From Vitrella brassicaformis CCMP3155 (lineage: Eukaryota; Protista; Chromerida), in assembly GCA_001179505.1 (NCBI GenBank), contig CDMY01000718.1, positions 186,001 through 250,000 of the forward strand: a DNA stretch of 64,000 nucleotides. Direction: 5' to 3'. Below, one piece after another: positions 12,510-26,307 of the stretch. A program made the translations under genes and the position numbers. Position 1 is the first letter of the stretch; each line of letters begins with the position of its first letter. The notes beneath the pieces are model-generated. The model ran no database searches. It had not been told where the DNA came from and worked only from the letters and a program-made list of their open reading frames with translations.

Positions 12510-15500
12510 TCACACCACAGTGAGCACCTCCACTTCATCGGCCATGAAGTACTCACTGCCCCCGAACAGAGCATCGCCATACTCATCCCTCACCCCCACA
12601 TAGCCCGCAGGCACATCATCGCTGAAGGTGAAGTGGCGGCAGCTGCGCATATCATCGGGGGCGCCACCCTTATAGCCCAGCCACAGCCGCAAAGCGATCA
12701 CCAGCTTCCCTCCGCTCACTGTCCCCTCCCGCCCGGCCACCCACACTGCCCGTTTCCCGCCCTCCACCTTGGTCGGTCCCTTGGCGAAGTGACCGCTCAG
12801 AGAGAAATGCCAGACATCACAGGAGTATCTGTTGTTGCCTCTCTGGTCGTCGGGCAGCTGCAGGCCACCGCTGACGTATGCGCCGAAGACGTACTGGCCG
12901 TTGTGGATGACGAACACCAGGCCACTCGCATCGCCGACCGACCGCAGGAGATCAGCGTACGACGGCCCATCACGTGTCGCCCTGCACATAGAAAGACGGG
13001 AGAGAGAGAGTGAGAGAGTAATGGGGATAGAGAGAATCAGGCATACAGGCAGGTCAATGACAAGTGCACCTGTAGATGAGACTCAGTTTGTTTCCATTTG
13101 TCGGTCCGAGGAACCGATAGAGTGCCGCCGATTGGAGCGGATCAAAAGTTGCACCGTCGATGACCTGCAATGGAACAGCAGAACATCGATGCCGCTCTCT
13201 CTCGCTGATGTGTGTATGACCTTAAGTGAGAGCAGTGTCCGGCCGTCCACACGAAGCACCTCCACTTCATCAGCCATGAAGTACTCACTGCCCCCAAACA
13301 GAGCACTGCCATCCTTACCCCTAACCCCCACATAGCCTTCAGGCACATCATCGCTGTGGATGAACTGACTGCAGCTGTACATGTCCTCAGCAGGGCCGCT
13401 GTCGCGATCAGCCCAGCCCAACCAGAGACCCTCGCAAAAACCGATGGCTAGTTTCGCCACCTCCGGTCCCCCGTCGACAGCACCCTCCCTCCCAGCCACA
13501 TACATCCGCCGCTCGGTTGCAGGCACCTCGACCTTGGCCGGGGCATCGAAGTGGCCACAGAGCGAAAAATGCCACACATCACACGGGTACTCATTGACGG
13601 CAGTTGGGTCGTCGGGCAGTTGCAGGCCACCGCTGACGTATGCTCCAAAGACGGCGTCCTCAAGCCGCATGACGAAAACCAGGCCACTCAAGTCGCCCGC
13701 ACACCGGAGCAAATCGGCATACGACGGCCCATCACGAGAGGCCCTATGAGCACGCGGAAAATGGAAGGGACCTGACTCTGTCTGTGATGTGTGTCGCACC
13801 TGTAGAGCAGAGTGAATTCACATTCGTCCAACATGCCGAGCTCCAAGACGGAGTGGAGGGCCGCACACTCATTCTCACTCAAACTGCTGCCAACGACAAC
13901 CTACATACACAGAGAGGTGAAGGCAATTGATGTGATGCAACCATCCCATGGCATTCTCACTTGAGGGTCTAGTGATTGGTCGTCCCCGTCTGTCGTGCTG
14001 CGACTTGAGAGAGCCGTGATGCCATCCGGCACACCGTCAGACACACTGACGATGCCATCACCATCCTGATGAAGGTATACAGCGGAGATATACAAGAAGC
14101 GAATGGCCGCCCTGTTGTCTACGTCGCGTCAGTCTGACCTCTGCTATGTCAGTGAGGCCTATGTCACTGAAGCGATCGTCGGCAGTGATGGTGACTGCCG
14201 ACTTGACCGACGAACGAGACAACACCTGCACACACCACACCGCACTGGACGCTGTGAGCCCGTCTGCCCGTCTGTCCGTCTCATTGCAGTTTGCTCACCA
14301 CAGACGGCGGGCCATTCCGGTGGCTGCGTACGGACGTCCGGTGGATCTTGTTTGGGGGCCTCTCGTTGGTCAGTCGGCTCTCTGACGGCACCATCTAAAC
14401 GACAGGAAGGATACCTCAAGTGGGCTTCTCGCCATGACATAGATGAGCTCTCATGGCTTACGCTAATGGTGTTTGGTTCTGACGGCTGCGATTGCTGGTC
14501 GAGCGGCGGGCCGAAGCAGTGGTCGTCGTCTGCCGGCGGTGTGGTGGTCTGCAACCAACAGAGCAGCATAGGATCCCTCAGCGGCATTCTTCTAAATTCG
14601 AGCTACCTGTCGACTGACGTCGACGATCGGTCGGATGAATCCATCTGGTTCTCGCATTGCAGCTGACCCGTCAGCCATGTGGCCGTCGATGAGCTTAGTT
14701 TCAGCAGCGGCAGGAGACTCTGAAGACGGCAAACACTGAAAGAGCGGCTGCTGAGACAAGAGAGTAATACTGAATGGATCAATGTCGGGTACCTGCATCT
14801 TCATGCAGCCATCGGCAGCACAGCCCCGGACGTCTGCTGCAGTTGGTGGCGCTCGCGCAGGAGTCTGCTCAGGCGAAGAGAAGTGAGCAACAAGGGCGGT
14901 GCTCCCTTCTGACATCGTCCTTCCTACCTGCATCCCGTCCGCACGGTCACCAGGCGATGGATCATCACCATCAGATGGCCAAGGACAATTCTGAAGACAC
15001 AGAGTGCACGCAGACAATGAGGGATCGATGAGCCGGGGATCTGTATGACTGACTCATCGATCCCTGGCTGTCCCACCTGCTGGCATCGTTTCTTGAAGTT
15101 CCGGACCCATGTGTCGCTCGCCGAGAAGCCAGTGATGCGCAGCCGCATGGCGATCTCCAGCGCCTTGGTCCTGATGTCCGTTGGGCGGACGCTCTCTGGG
15201 TCATCGTGGGCAGCCATCCACTGCCGCATCTCGTCCTCGATCTTGTGGTGCTTGGGCGGTCTGTTGCGCTTCTTGGCCGGGTCGACCACCGTCTTGCCCT
15301 CTCGCCGCTGCCGGAGGATACCGGAGTGCCACCTTTGGAACGTGCTCGGGAGAATTCCCTTGTCGTGCGCGAATTGAGTCATCGAAATGGGATCTCCGCT
15401 GTCCGTGCCCCGATTGAACTCGTCCACCAGCTGCAGCCGCTCGGCAATAGAGACCTCTCCTGCCCTTCCAGTCTGAATACACACATGAACGAGACTGCGG

Positions 15501-17990
15501 TGGTCAAACAAACAGGTAGAAGGATGTCTACTAGTAGATAGTACCTGTGAAGAGTGTTGAGATGTTGGTGTCGTTGACTGCTTGGTTGGCGGGAGGGACT
15601 CTGGCTGAATGTGCACCTGGCGAGATGGCGAGCGCAGCGCCTCAAGCGCCTCACCCTGACCAGATGTATGTGTACAGCGATATGTCATTGAGCCGCCCTC
15701 CCTCCCTCACTCCCTCCTTGTCTGTCGTCTGTCTGTCTGCCTGTCACGCCCACCGTGAGTTTGAGGTGTCCCGGTGTCGCAGTATTTGCCGCAGCCTCAC
15801 CGGCAGTGCTTGCATGTAGCTCAGCAAGACCTGAACACAGTGATGCACATTGCATGAGAGACACTCAGTGACTAATTCTTTCTTCACCGGAAGCCGCAAC
15901 CGAAATGTAGCTATCCCGGTGTTGCCTCGCTGCAGCAATCGCTTTCATCACCGGGCCAGGGCCAGAACCTTGAACAACGAATTGCGTCCACACGCCTCCC
16001 AGTTCCGCCGTCAACCCGATAGCCACAGCCCCACTGATGGGGTCATGGCACACGACCATCCCTTTGTTGTTGCTTTGGTCAGATGCCACCAGCGCCTTGG
16101 ACCATTCTGCCAGTTCAGAACCTGATCAAAGGGACAGGAGACGGTGGTTTGCAGGGACACTTGGGCACCAGCTGCTTCCTAACAGTACCAAGAATCGTGT
16201 GGTGGGCAGCTGGACCAGATGCAGGGGAGGATGGCATGGTGTCGACTCCTTGAGAACCGTCAGGCGGTTGTCGGACGAATCGTGGGGGCGTCGATATGTT
16301 GGCGGGCACGTCGACCGCATTGGTGGCGGAGTTGCTGGCCGATTCCACAATGGAGGTTGTCTCAGACGGCGGTGCTGAAAGGTGACACAACACAGGTTTC
16401 AGATGAATGCATGCGGCCTGCACATTCGATGCTCGTACGTGTCTGGCTGGTTGTCGTAGGATCGAGGGTGGGTGCCTGCATGCATGAATGAGTGATACGC
16501 ACCAAGAGAAGACAATGCAGCAACGCCCTGGTCCCTCCAGATTGCAGCCGACCTGAGTGTCGTGTTTGGGAGTCTTCTCCGCCCACATGACATCGCACAC
16601 TCCTCCGCCCACACTCATTGCCTGGAAGACATCACACACATGACACAAATGCATATCCACTCATTGCCCGATCCCCTCACCTTTCCGTCAATGCGTCTTT
16701 TCTCGGCCTCGGCCTTCTTCTGTGGATGGTGGTGGTTCTTCTCGTGGTGGTCCTGCTTCATATTGAACATGCCGCACGCACAGTGGTTGACCGTCTTGCG
16801 AAGCCTCGCCGATCCGAGGGCCGTGTCGGGCGCATAGCGGAAGGCGAACTGTTGCCCTCCCCACCACCCATGCACCTCCGGATGGCTCTCGTCCTCGCTG
16901 AGTTGGCCGATCTTCGCGAATACGATCTGGTCGTACTGGAACTGGCGCTGTCGATTCCCCCCGTCGGCCTTCTGCTGGTCTGTCATAATGTCGTCTCTGC
17001 GTGTGGGCGTGATGAAGATCGCGGTGTCTGCTGGCCAGGGGGGAAGGCCCTTGAGTCGAAGACAGACGGGCGTGTGGCGGGGCAGCTTGGTGTGTGCGCG
17101 CTGATTGTACTCCGCCCATGTGCCGTCCGACGCCTTGTACATGATGGTCGGCTTCTCTGTGGCCTTCTGCCAGGAGCCTGCGAGAGTCTCGGCAACGACC
17201 TCTGCAGACAGACACAGGGACAGGAGGGCATGTATGCAACACAAAGCACAGCGCATCACCTACTGTTGATGTTGTATGGCTGAGTGTATGGCGAGGCCTC
17301 ATGATTGACGGAGTAGTTGGATGGCGGGCCACCGTTGATCCACCCGCCATCCGAGGGAGCAGTCGGCGCTTCTCGATTCTGATACATGCACGTGGAAGAC
17401 ATGCAGAAAACATTGATATGTTCGTTCCCATGTTGTCAAATTCTCTATTCGGTGTACCTGTCCGGTCAAGCCATTCATCGCAGCTGAGTTGTCGCTGCAA
17501 TTGGATCCATCCCCATCACCGAAGAGGGCCTTCTCATGGTCCACAGCGTCTGGGGGAGGAGGCCCATCGAGTGAACTCCCCACATAGCGTTGCTGCCCTG
17601 CACCGAAGACGAGCAGACAGACAGACAGACAGAGCATGGGCAGCAGTGCGATGGTGTCTGACCTGCTGCGTATGATAACGATGCATGTGTCATCTGTGGA
17701 TGCAATTCGTTGGCCACTGACGCGCAGAAGAGTCAGGAGAGCCAAGTGGGTGCACACCTTCACTTCCTTCACCTACCCTTCATGCCGCAATGCGCATACG
17801 GACATGGCCACTTTTGACAGGCATCACCTGGAAGACGATAGGCACACAGAGCCGTTCATGAGATGGCTTCATGAGCAGAGGTATGTCGAATGAGTCACCT
17901 GTGGGAATCTTTGTGTTGTGCTGCAGTGGCTGCCCGCCGTGACCATTGGGTAGACCGAAACCTAAAGCAGAGACCAATGCAGCACACACA
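12510..17990 (-). CDS. Large multidomain protein: uncharacterised PPWP/WWGG domain, AP2-like domain, CENP-B/Tc5-type HTH, two C-terminal TLDc domains
   Basis: Phase-compatible exons were traced by eye over most of 17990-12510. HTH at ~15070-15470 (SIAERLQLVDEF...KGILPSTFQRW...KKRNRPPKHHKIEDEMRQW...DIRTKALEIAMRLRITGFSASDTWVRNFKKR). TLDc at ~13240-13890 and ~12510-13130 (LLYR|ASRDG...FGAY...LFGGSEYFMADEVEV), joined by GRTLLSLK|VIDGATFDPLQSAALYRFL. AP2-like stretch at ~15870-16120. Confidence 0.7.
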
Positions 17991-18249
17991 CACTGCTTCA
18001 GGCCCGCCATCCCTTCTCTGTCGACAGGTCGCTCGGGGGCGACTCTCGTGCTGACAGCTGTGACCTGTCATCTGGGGATGGAATGCGGTGGTCGCATCCA
18101 CTGACATACAGGAGACGGACAAGAATGAAATGGGGTGGGTCTTGTGTTCTTTCCTACACTTACCCTCCATGCCTTGTTGCTGCGTGAATAGACTCGACGC
18201 CGAGCTGTCGACGCTTCCAGATGCCTCATGCATGATGCCGGCCTCCCTA

Positions 18250-21200
18250 TAGGACGCACTCGGGCGGTCCACTTGATGCTGAATCTCCTGGCTGAGCCAC
18301 TGCAGGAAGGCTCGACAGGGCACTAGACACACACACACGCACCCACACACAGAGATAGAGAGTGCTCGTCGGTCTGCTTCTGTGTGGGTCTACTTCTGTC
18401 TGGCACGTAGATGATGATGATGTAGCGGCCGTCGGCCATCGGTGGGTCGCCCTGCACGATCAACTCCTCTGCGATGATGTCGTCAGGCCACTCGGCGGCG
18501 AAGTTCCTGACCCGCTGCACCGTTTCCTCTCCCGACACCCATAGACGAAGGATTTCCACGTCTGACAGACAAAGAGGGGCATCAATCAATACGGGATGTG
18601 GTTCGTAACCAGACTGGGCCCACCGTCCTCAACACTCACTGTTTGATCCGAGACGCTTCCAAGCTGCATTGAGGTCATGGATGGGCCCTCTGTTGTGTTC
18701 CTGGCAGCATGTAGTGCCGGCAGATTTGTTGGATGCCTGCATCACGGCACACAGACAACCGGCGGGAAGCGGTTCAGACAGCTCATCGTCACATTGTGGT
18801 GTGTCAGCATCACCGATTTCTGGCTGAATGGCTTNNNNNNNNNNNNNNNNNNNNNNNNNNNNNNNNNNNNNNNNNNNNNNNNNNNNNNNNNNNNNNNNNN
18901 NNNNNNNNNNNNNNNNNNNNNNNNNNNNNNNNNNNNNNNNNNNNNNNNNNNNNNNNNNNNNNNNNNNNNNNNNNNNNNNNNNNNNNNNNNNNNNNNNNNN
19001 NNNNNNNNNNNNNNNNNNNNNNNNNNNNNNNNNNNNNNNNNNNNNNNNNNNNNNNNNNNNNNNNNNNNNNNNNNNNNNNNNNNNNNNNNNNNNNNNNNNN
19101 NNNNNNNNNNNNNNNNNNNNNNNNNNNNNNNNNNCCCGCCGTACCAATGTGACGTCGGTCGCGGGCGAGAACGCATCCGAAGGAGGAGATAGGTGCCCAG
19201 CAGCCGCTTGAGGGACCGTTGAATGTGCACCTAAAGGGCGACGCGCATGAAACAACGCAGTCGCTCCCTGAGCTGGTTCACTGAGGTTACCTGCTTGAGC
19301 GTACTGGGGTGTCACCTGAAGAGGGAACGCGGTGGCCACGTCACCACCCTCTGACACGCATAGGAGTGAGGAGAGCCAAGTGGGTGCACATGTTCATTCC
19401 TGTACATGTACCTACCCTCCATGCCGGGATGCGCATATCCACCATGGGGCCACCCTAGGAGACGGCAGGCACAGGGAGGCGTGCATGAGATGGCTTCACG
19501 AGTACGCATGTGTCAGCATCAGTCACCTGCTGGTGTGTCCGTGCTGTGTTGCTGCAGTGGCTGCCCGCGGGGGGCGTTGGGTCGACCGAAACCTGAAGCA
19601 GACCGACGAACGACACATATGCAGCACATGTACGAGTATGGGTGACGTTTGTCGGCGGCGCACCGTCCGTGTCGTCTACGAATTGAAACAACAGGGGCGG
19701 GATACTGCTGCTGAGCAGCTCAGAAACGGCCGAACGCGTCGTACCTGACCAGACACGAGCGGGAAAACAATGCACTGAATTGCCTGCGTGTGTGAGTGTG
19801 TGTGTGAGAGTGTGTGTGTCGGCTGACCGTCCATCTCGACGCAGACGCAGTCGGGCCACGGCGGCTGTTCCTGCATCAGGTGGGGGGGCACTCGACGAGT
19901 TGCAATGTCGGCCGCTTCGGCCTTGGAGACGACCTCAGCCTCGTCCGCCTCAAACACCCAGATCCTCATGGCTGACAGAGAGGGACACACAAACAGAAAG
20001 GTATCAATCAATACGATGTGTGCATTCATGCATTCGGCACCCACCCGTGCGCGGGGAACGGCCAGGAGCTGTCGAACGGCGGCGGTGGTCTCGCCCACCG
20101 TCTTGATCGCCGTCCCCCTTGCCGCCCCCCTCACCCTCGCCATCTGGCGGCGAGCCGTCCCCGCTGCCGCGCCCAGGTCCAGCTCCGCCTCCCTGCTGCT
20201 GGTGCGCCGGGCCACTGGTGGGGCTGCCGCTGGCCGACTGACTTGCACCTTCGCCCCCATGGTGCATCAGTGGGCAGGATACCCAGCCCATGACGAGCAT
20301 CACGGCGAGGCCGTAGACAGAGGCCGGGACGCCAATCAATTCGCCGTACACGACTGAGGCCAGGGGGGCTGCGGCGGCACCACACAGACAAACGGTGAAA
20401 ATGCAGACGCCGGTGTTCAAGACGGCACCGGCGACCTGCCGCACGACGCTCGTCCAACAGGACGACTTAGAGCCTACATGTCCACACAATGGAAGAGGCA
20501 ATGCACAAAAGGGCAATGTAACCGTAAGATTTTCTCTCAGCTTACGATTTATCTTTATGCGAAGGAAATCGGCCAGGCAGACGCAAGCGAAGAAGAACAC
20601 GAGGCGATCAAACACACGCCAGCTCGACCCCCAGAGCTCAGCCAACCCCACACGGGTGGCACACACCAGGCGCAGAGGGACCGTCCGGGCACCCCCGCCC
20701 CCGACCCACCCCATCATACACCCCAAAGTAACGCCCACGGCGGCGATGGGAAGTGAGACCCATGGGAATGACCAGGTGCAGTTGAGGAGGTGGCCCGTGC
20801 TGCCGCCTGGTTTGCTCGGCGTGTGCCGCCCCCAAGTGCTGCTGATGAGTACGGCTGAGATGAGCACCGCACCGGTCACGAAGACGGGGGGACTGAGCGC
20901 TCCAGAGAGGTAGACTGTAGCCGGGAAAAGTGCGAACAAGGCGGTGACGAGGGAAGACGACAAACACGCCGTTGTGTGAGCTGCATCCGCTGGACGATGC
21001 GGCAAGCAAGAAGCGGCGTGAATCCGCTTGCGCCGGTGGGTGGCCCACTTGCCGATGCACACATGCCCCGGGGCCATGTGGACCCCCGTGCGGGCACGGT
21101 GGTCTCTCTCCTCCCCTGTCAGCGCACTCTCGTGCGGCGGAGAGCCTGCGTCACACACACACACACACACACACATCAATGAATGGTTGCGCCTTTCCAT

Positions 21201-21450
21201 GTCGCAGGTTTGGCATACCTGTGCCATACGGCTGGCTGCAGGGGTCGCCGAGTGCGAGGCTGCGAGCCATCGGTAGTACCATGAGGCAGCAGACCGTCAC
21301 GGCTGGCGGAGGGCTCATGCTTCGTCTCACTGCGAACCTGAAATAATGCACCAATGGGACAGTCACACACGCACCGTCATCGCCTAACCGTTCCAACACA
21401 CCCACCTGCTGTATCTCGGCCGATATGATGAAGTCGCGACACTGCAAGGG
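18250..21450 (-). CDS. Upstream exons with multi-pass membrane segment and repeated domain; possibly the 5' part of the 12510-17990 gene
   Basis: The long ORF 20004-21227 contains several hydrophobic helices followed by a Gly-rich linker. Exons at ~19860-19970 and ~18400-18560 are mutually similar (RIWV...QPPWPD vs RLWV...GDPPMAD). Continuity is interrupted by the N gap. Confidence 0.45.
18835..19134. other. Assembly gap (300 N)
   Basis: Run of N seen directly. Confidence 0.99.
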
Positions 21451-22634
21451 ATCAGATCTGATTCACTGCATGAAGCACACACGAGGCACAAAAAACCGCT
21501 CTCAGCAGAGAGAACAAAATCGACACAACACCTAAGTAGGTGTACCTGCCTCTCCTTCATAGGCTTACATCATTCATTGATTCATCCAGCTTCCTTTTCA
21601 GAGATCTCTTCACAGGCTGGCCCGATACGACACCGCCGACACCCACGGCGCCGCCCCCGCCTCCTTCCCAGGACGCCCGGCCTCTCGGCTCCGATCATCG
21701 CCTAGCTCGCACTCGCACGCCCTTCCGTGCAAGCATCTTCTGCCTTCATTCTTTGCTCCTCTGGTGCTCGTGGTGACGGCCTTGACCCGGATCTGATGCA
21801 ACACGCCGAGGAAAACCGAGTGCGGACTCATTGGCTGCCTCGAGAGGAGCAACAGGCTGTCAGCGGCATGTCTATCATGCAGAAGGGGCAGGAAGCGTCA
21901 GTGTCCATCATTGGAAGCGCTCTGTGAATCTGCTTTGAACGGCATGAAGTGTTTGCACAGACCACGAGGCAGCCAAGCCATATCAAAACTGCTACGACAT
22001 CGCCGTCTCTCTTGAGCAGGTCACTCCTTACGATGCGAGGAGGGGGGGCACTTTCACCAGATCTCTCTCACAGTACACACGGAAACATCCAGAGAACTAG
22101 TCAGGGAGATGCTCAACGGCCCAACAGACGACCAGACGCATGGAGAATGGATGCGCACACATGCACCAATACACAAAACGCCAACGATAAACCGGCCGCA
22201 GTTGCAAGCAGACAGGCAGGGACGCAGGCAGGCAGGCAGGCAGGCAGGCAAGGCACATTTCTCTCTCGCCCTGTTTCCCTTTCCCGGGAGAACGAAACAC
22301 ACGCACCGACAGACAGACAGACAGGAAGACAGACAGACAGGAAGACAGACAGACAGACGCACTACGGGTGTGTGTGGTGAGACCGTCGGGTGTTCTGCAT
22401 CGACCAGACCACACGCACACACAGACAGACGACCATGCAGACAGACGACCATTCTCGTTAACGAGATCCGTACGCTCGCAATGGGTAAAACACCATACAG
22501 GTATGCATCAGCATCGGCGCCGACGCCAGGTCAGTCATGTCATTGGCTGGTGTGCCGCCCAGCCGAGTGAAAAAACACAGCGTCGCTCGTTCCCTCCATC
22601 CCTCCCTCATGCACCAACGAAAATCTGACGAAAG

Positions 22635-24300
22635 TCAGTATGTATTGCACTCTTCGGGCACCCGGTTGTCGATGGATGCTCCTGGGAGGCAGCCAACGCT
22701 AACGTGCTCGGTGAGGGACACCAATGGATACCTAATGACAGAATAGACGGAGAGGAATGGATGTCTGCGTGTGGATGTATGTGTGTGTGCGCCCGTGCGT
22801 GCGTGCGTGTGTGTATGTGTGTGTGTCCATGTCTGCGTGTGACGCTCACTTGGCGAAGTATGCCTCAACCACCTTGATGACGTAGTTGGCGGTCTTTTCG
22901 TAGTCGCCTTCTTTGACCTTGATAGCCAGGTCGTCCCAGTTGCCTCCCATCTTGGTGAAGATCTCCTTGGCGACGGCCGGCGCCTCGTCATGAAATTTAT
23001 CAATCACCTCTTGCTTCTCCTCAAGCGAGACTCGGCGGCGAGTATCCTGAGACAGTGACGAGAAGGACAGTGAGATCTGAAGCACGCGGAGCGACAAGTG
23101 AGCTCACCTTCGTGATCTCTCCGTCGTCGGTGGTGAACTGCAGGGGCGCGCACGGCTGGGGTCGGAGGCGCCTTTCACGAACACCGACCTCATGTCCTTG
23201 CCTGCGCGCACACAAAACGGCAAGCGCACACAAAACGGCAAAATTGACAAGAGCCTGTCAACTCTGGTGGCTGACTCACTGTAATTCTTCGGTTGGTGGA
23301 CCATGGGCTGGGCCCAGCATTGGCAAAAAGCATTCTCCAGGCCATACGGGTACTCCAGGATGGCCTTGAGGCGAGCCGTCCCCACCTCTGTGTAGGTATG
23401 GCCGCTGGACCCTCTGCACCGCTCGAAAGCCCTGGCGTTGGCCTCTGGTCCGCGGGCAGATTTGAAATCGCCACCGATGCTGGCGTCATTGACCAAGGCC
23501 ACGAACAGCACATTGGTGTATGCGACTCCAGACGAGAGGGAGCAGGTGGCGACGCGCTGCTGGTGCTGGTGGATGACTTCCACCGACCCTTTCTGTTTCT
23601 CACCTGAGGGCCGACACACACACCACACACACCACACACCACACACCACACACACACGGATTCCATTTCTGTGTTCTGCATGCATTCCGCGCATCCTTGT
23701 GCTGACCGGCTTGGTGGACTGCAACTGGATACTTCCTTTCCTCATCGCCTTCCACCACCACAGCGTAGAAAGGGAATGCGTGCCCGTCAACGACGAGCTG
23801 GGTGCCACGTGCAGTCAGCAGCCAGGGCATGAGGATGGCGTAGACAATAGCTATGACAGGCAGGCCGTCAATCTCGTCTTTCCTCTCGACATACTCGTCA
23901 CAGACTCGTCCAACCTGATCTATCGGTGCCACCCCATTGCCGTTCTCCTGCCCCACCACTGTTCTGCTATGTGCGCCGTCCCGAGCGACGAACAGCTGAC
24001 GCAGTCACACCACTGCCCACGAGCGTCTCTCCTCCTTCAGTTTACTTTTTACTCGTCCCATTGGCGTCCGAATGAACGTCTGATGCGGCTCGAACTCGGG
24101 ACCGAAAAAAAAAAGAAGAAAAAAGAAACCACACACACACACATCGCTTGTGACATGTCCGTGACTGCGCGGGGCGGCTCATCGTCGTCGTGAGTCCAGT
24201 CGTGAGGTCGCCGTGGTCGAACTTGCTCGCTCCGCCGCGTCAGAGCCGTCAGCACAGCTGCAGCCCCACCTGCACAAACCACTAGAAAGCACCTGCGGCC
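22635..24300 (-). CDS. Hypothetical multi-exon protein
   Basis: Protein-like exons bounded by GT/AG and CA-repeat introns: ...VAYTNVLFVALVNDASIGGDFK...LKAILEYPYGLENAF..., SLEEKQEVIDKFHDEAPAVAKEIFTKMGG..., and a terminal RYPLVSL...EECNTY*. No family recognised; the 5' end is uncertain. Confidence 0.55.
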
Positions 24301-25227
24301 ACAGGCAGAGCAACCACCTGCGCTTTATCCTCATCTGCAGACAATGAAGAAACACAGCAGCAGGGCGGTCATTTGTGACGTGTGCAGTGCATCAGCACAG
24401 CACGCTCGGCCTATCCTCATCCATCTTAGTCGTACCGTCTCTGCGTGTACTCCTGGAGACATCTCGGCAACGCCCGATAAGGACAAGAAAAATTGAGGGC
24501 GTTTCGCAACACCGACAGCGATACCGACAGCCACCGACATCCGACCATCACTGACAGAGGACGGGAGCCGTCAGAAAGGGCGGGACCACGGGAAACCGCG
24601 CGACAGAAACCGAACATCAGCGGATTGATGATTTCCATCGGAAAAGGAGGACACAGATGGATGAGGATGGCTATGGACGAGGACGGACAGCATTCTCTAC
24701 ATATGTAGCGAACGTGAGATTGCAGTCGTAGGAACACTCATAGGACTCTCCCTAATAATGGATCGACGTGGGGGCCAAACTTGGGGCCCCGCCATGCAGG
24801 GAGGCGTGCGTGCGAGGTTTTGGATGCACCCAGACAGACAGCAAGCCGATGCGTGGATGAGCGAGTCGATTGACTGACTGGATCACTAACCGATCTCTCT
24901 CTTTGCACACACACAGACTGTGTAAGGAAGTGCAATCATCTGTTGAGTGCACTGCGCGAGTGTAGGATCTATTGCCCCGACTGAGTGGATGAATGACACA
25001 AGTGAGGATGTGTTGGATCTGTGCGAATGTCATGTTCACGACTACACTCACAGATTGGATGTGTCGTGAGTGTGACACTCGCAACAATGAAGGCATTCAA
25101 TGACAAACACCATGGTGAAGTCTATACACAAGTCGTCAGCACAACCCTCACACACGAGCTCATCTGCAGCACTTGCACTCATCCTCGTCTGTCTGTACAA
25201 GCCCCTTCCTTGCAAGGTATGCTCTCG

Positions 25228-26081
25228 TCAGATGGTGAGCGTCATGATGGCCTTCTCGGCCTCATCAAAGTGGCGCTGCGCCTCAGACAACCGCAAATCC
25301 AAGGCAGGTCCTCTGCAAATGGACACACAGCACATACACACAGCGAGAGTCTACCCCAAGCAGCAACTCACGGGCGGTCTCTCGTACTTGAGGTTCGGAT
25401 TTCGCTTGGTGAGTATGGTCTTGAAGGCCTCCAGCCACGTGCGAAGCGACCCGATGACCTCCGTCTGCAGACGCTTGATGGTACCTGCGTGTGAGGGCAG
25501 AGGCAACACACACGCGTGGATGCGCCCTGCATCCTAATGGCCCCCTGTTTGTATACCTGAGCAGTGGATGACCTGAATGGCGACTCGTACGCCACCGATG
25601 GACGTCATGAGAGTCAGCGCCGCCCACACCAGCTGATAATAGGTCTGAGCAACCAGACACAGAGAGCACGCGGCCATGGGTGCATGGTGCAAGGGCCAGA
25701 CCAGTGAGGCCGGTGTGATCGCACCCTGGCACATCTGATGACCCCAAAGCCCGTCGCGGGACTGAAGTAGATCACTGAGGGGACACAGACACATACCAGC
25801 CCCAGTGTGCAAGAGTCTTCATCTGCTGACCTTTTAGCCGCGATAGGTTCCTCCCCAGCCCCATCTCTCCGAAATTCTCCTCCAGTGACTCACGCAGCGC
25901 CTGCACACACACACACACACACACATTCATGGACGCACCACTGATGAGTCGGAAAGAGGAAGGTGCACTCATGACCTGTCGTGCGCACCTCCATGAGATG
26001 AGTGCTTGTGAGTGGCGGGAGTGAAGTCCGCTCTTCCCACTCAAAGGACAGAGCCAGCCATCGCACCTTCAGACGCACCAT
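25228..26081 (-). CDS. POP5: RNase P/MRP subunit POP5 (Rpp14/Pop5 family)
   Basis: MVRLK start, ALRESLEENFGEMGLG, VIYFSPATGFGVIRCAR, LVWAALTLMTSI...IQVIHCSG|TIKRLQ. This is the Pop5 pattern (MVRFKxRY...YxSPxT...IIR...SGTIK). Confidence 0.85.
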
Positions 26082-26307
26082 GGCACAGCCGCAACACAAA
26101 GAAGCGCTTCGACAATGAGTCGAAAGGCACGCTGTCGTTCGGCAATGGTCAGATCAGGACTCGCGGCGATGAATTCGCCTCTTTTCGGGCAGATCTGCAA
26201 GCTGAAGTCACAAATTTAGCTCGCATGTGAGTGGAGGTGCTCCCGAATGGAGGTGCTCATGTGGATGCTGTGATGGTCCCAGTGCCTCTCAAGACGAGCT
26301 GTGCACA

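Noticed and set aside
15060-15470. Intact pogo/Tc5 DNA transposon (also 39425-39800)
   Set aside because: No DDE catalytic domain, terminal inverted repeats or TSD were seen, and the HTH exons are embedded in multi-intron host genes.
17780-17782. Apparent TGA vs TGG nonsense difference between the duplicated blocks at ~17780 and ~19400
   Set aside because: Splice phases of the neighbouring exons show the coding frame is GDACQKWPCPYAHCGMK / GWPHGGYAHPGMEG, in which there is no stop.
18629-19357. ORFs spanning N runs (also 30523-31231)
   Set aside because: They are artefacts of translating through assembly gaps.
21150-22370. Regular short repeats as a CRISPR-like or functional array
   Set aside because: These are simple (CA)n, (GGCA)n and (CAGA)n microsatellites with no unique spacers, typical of introns and UTRs across the window.
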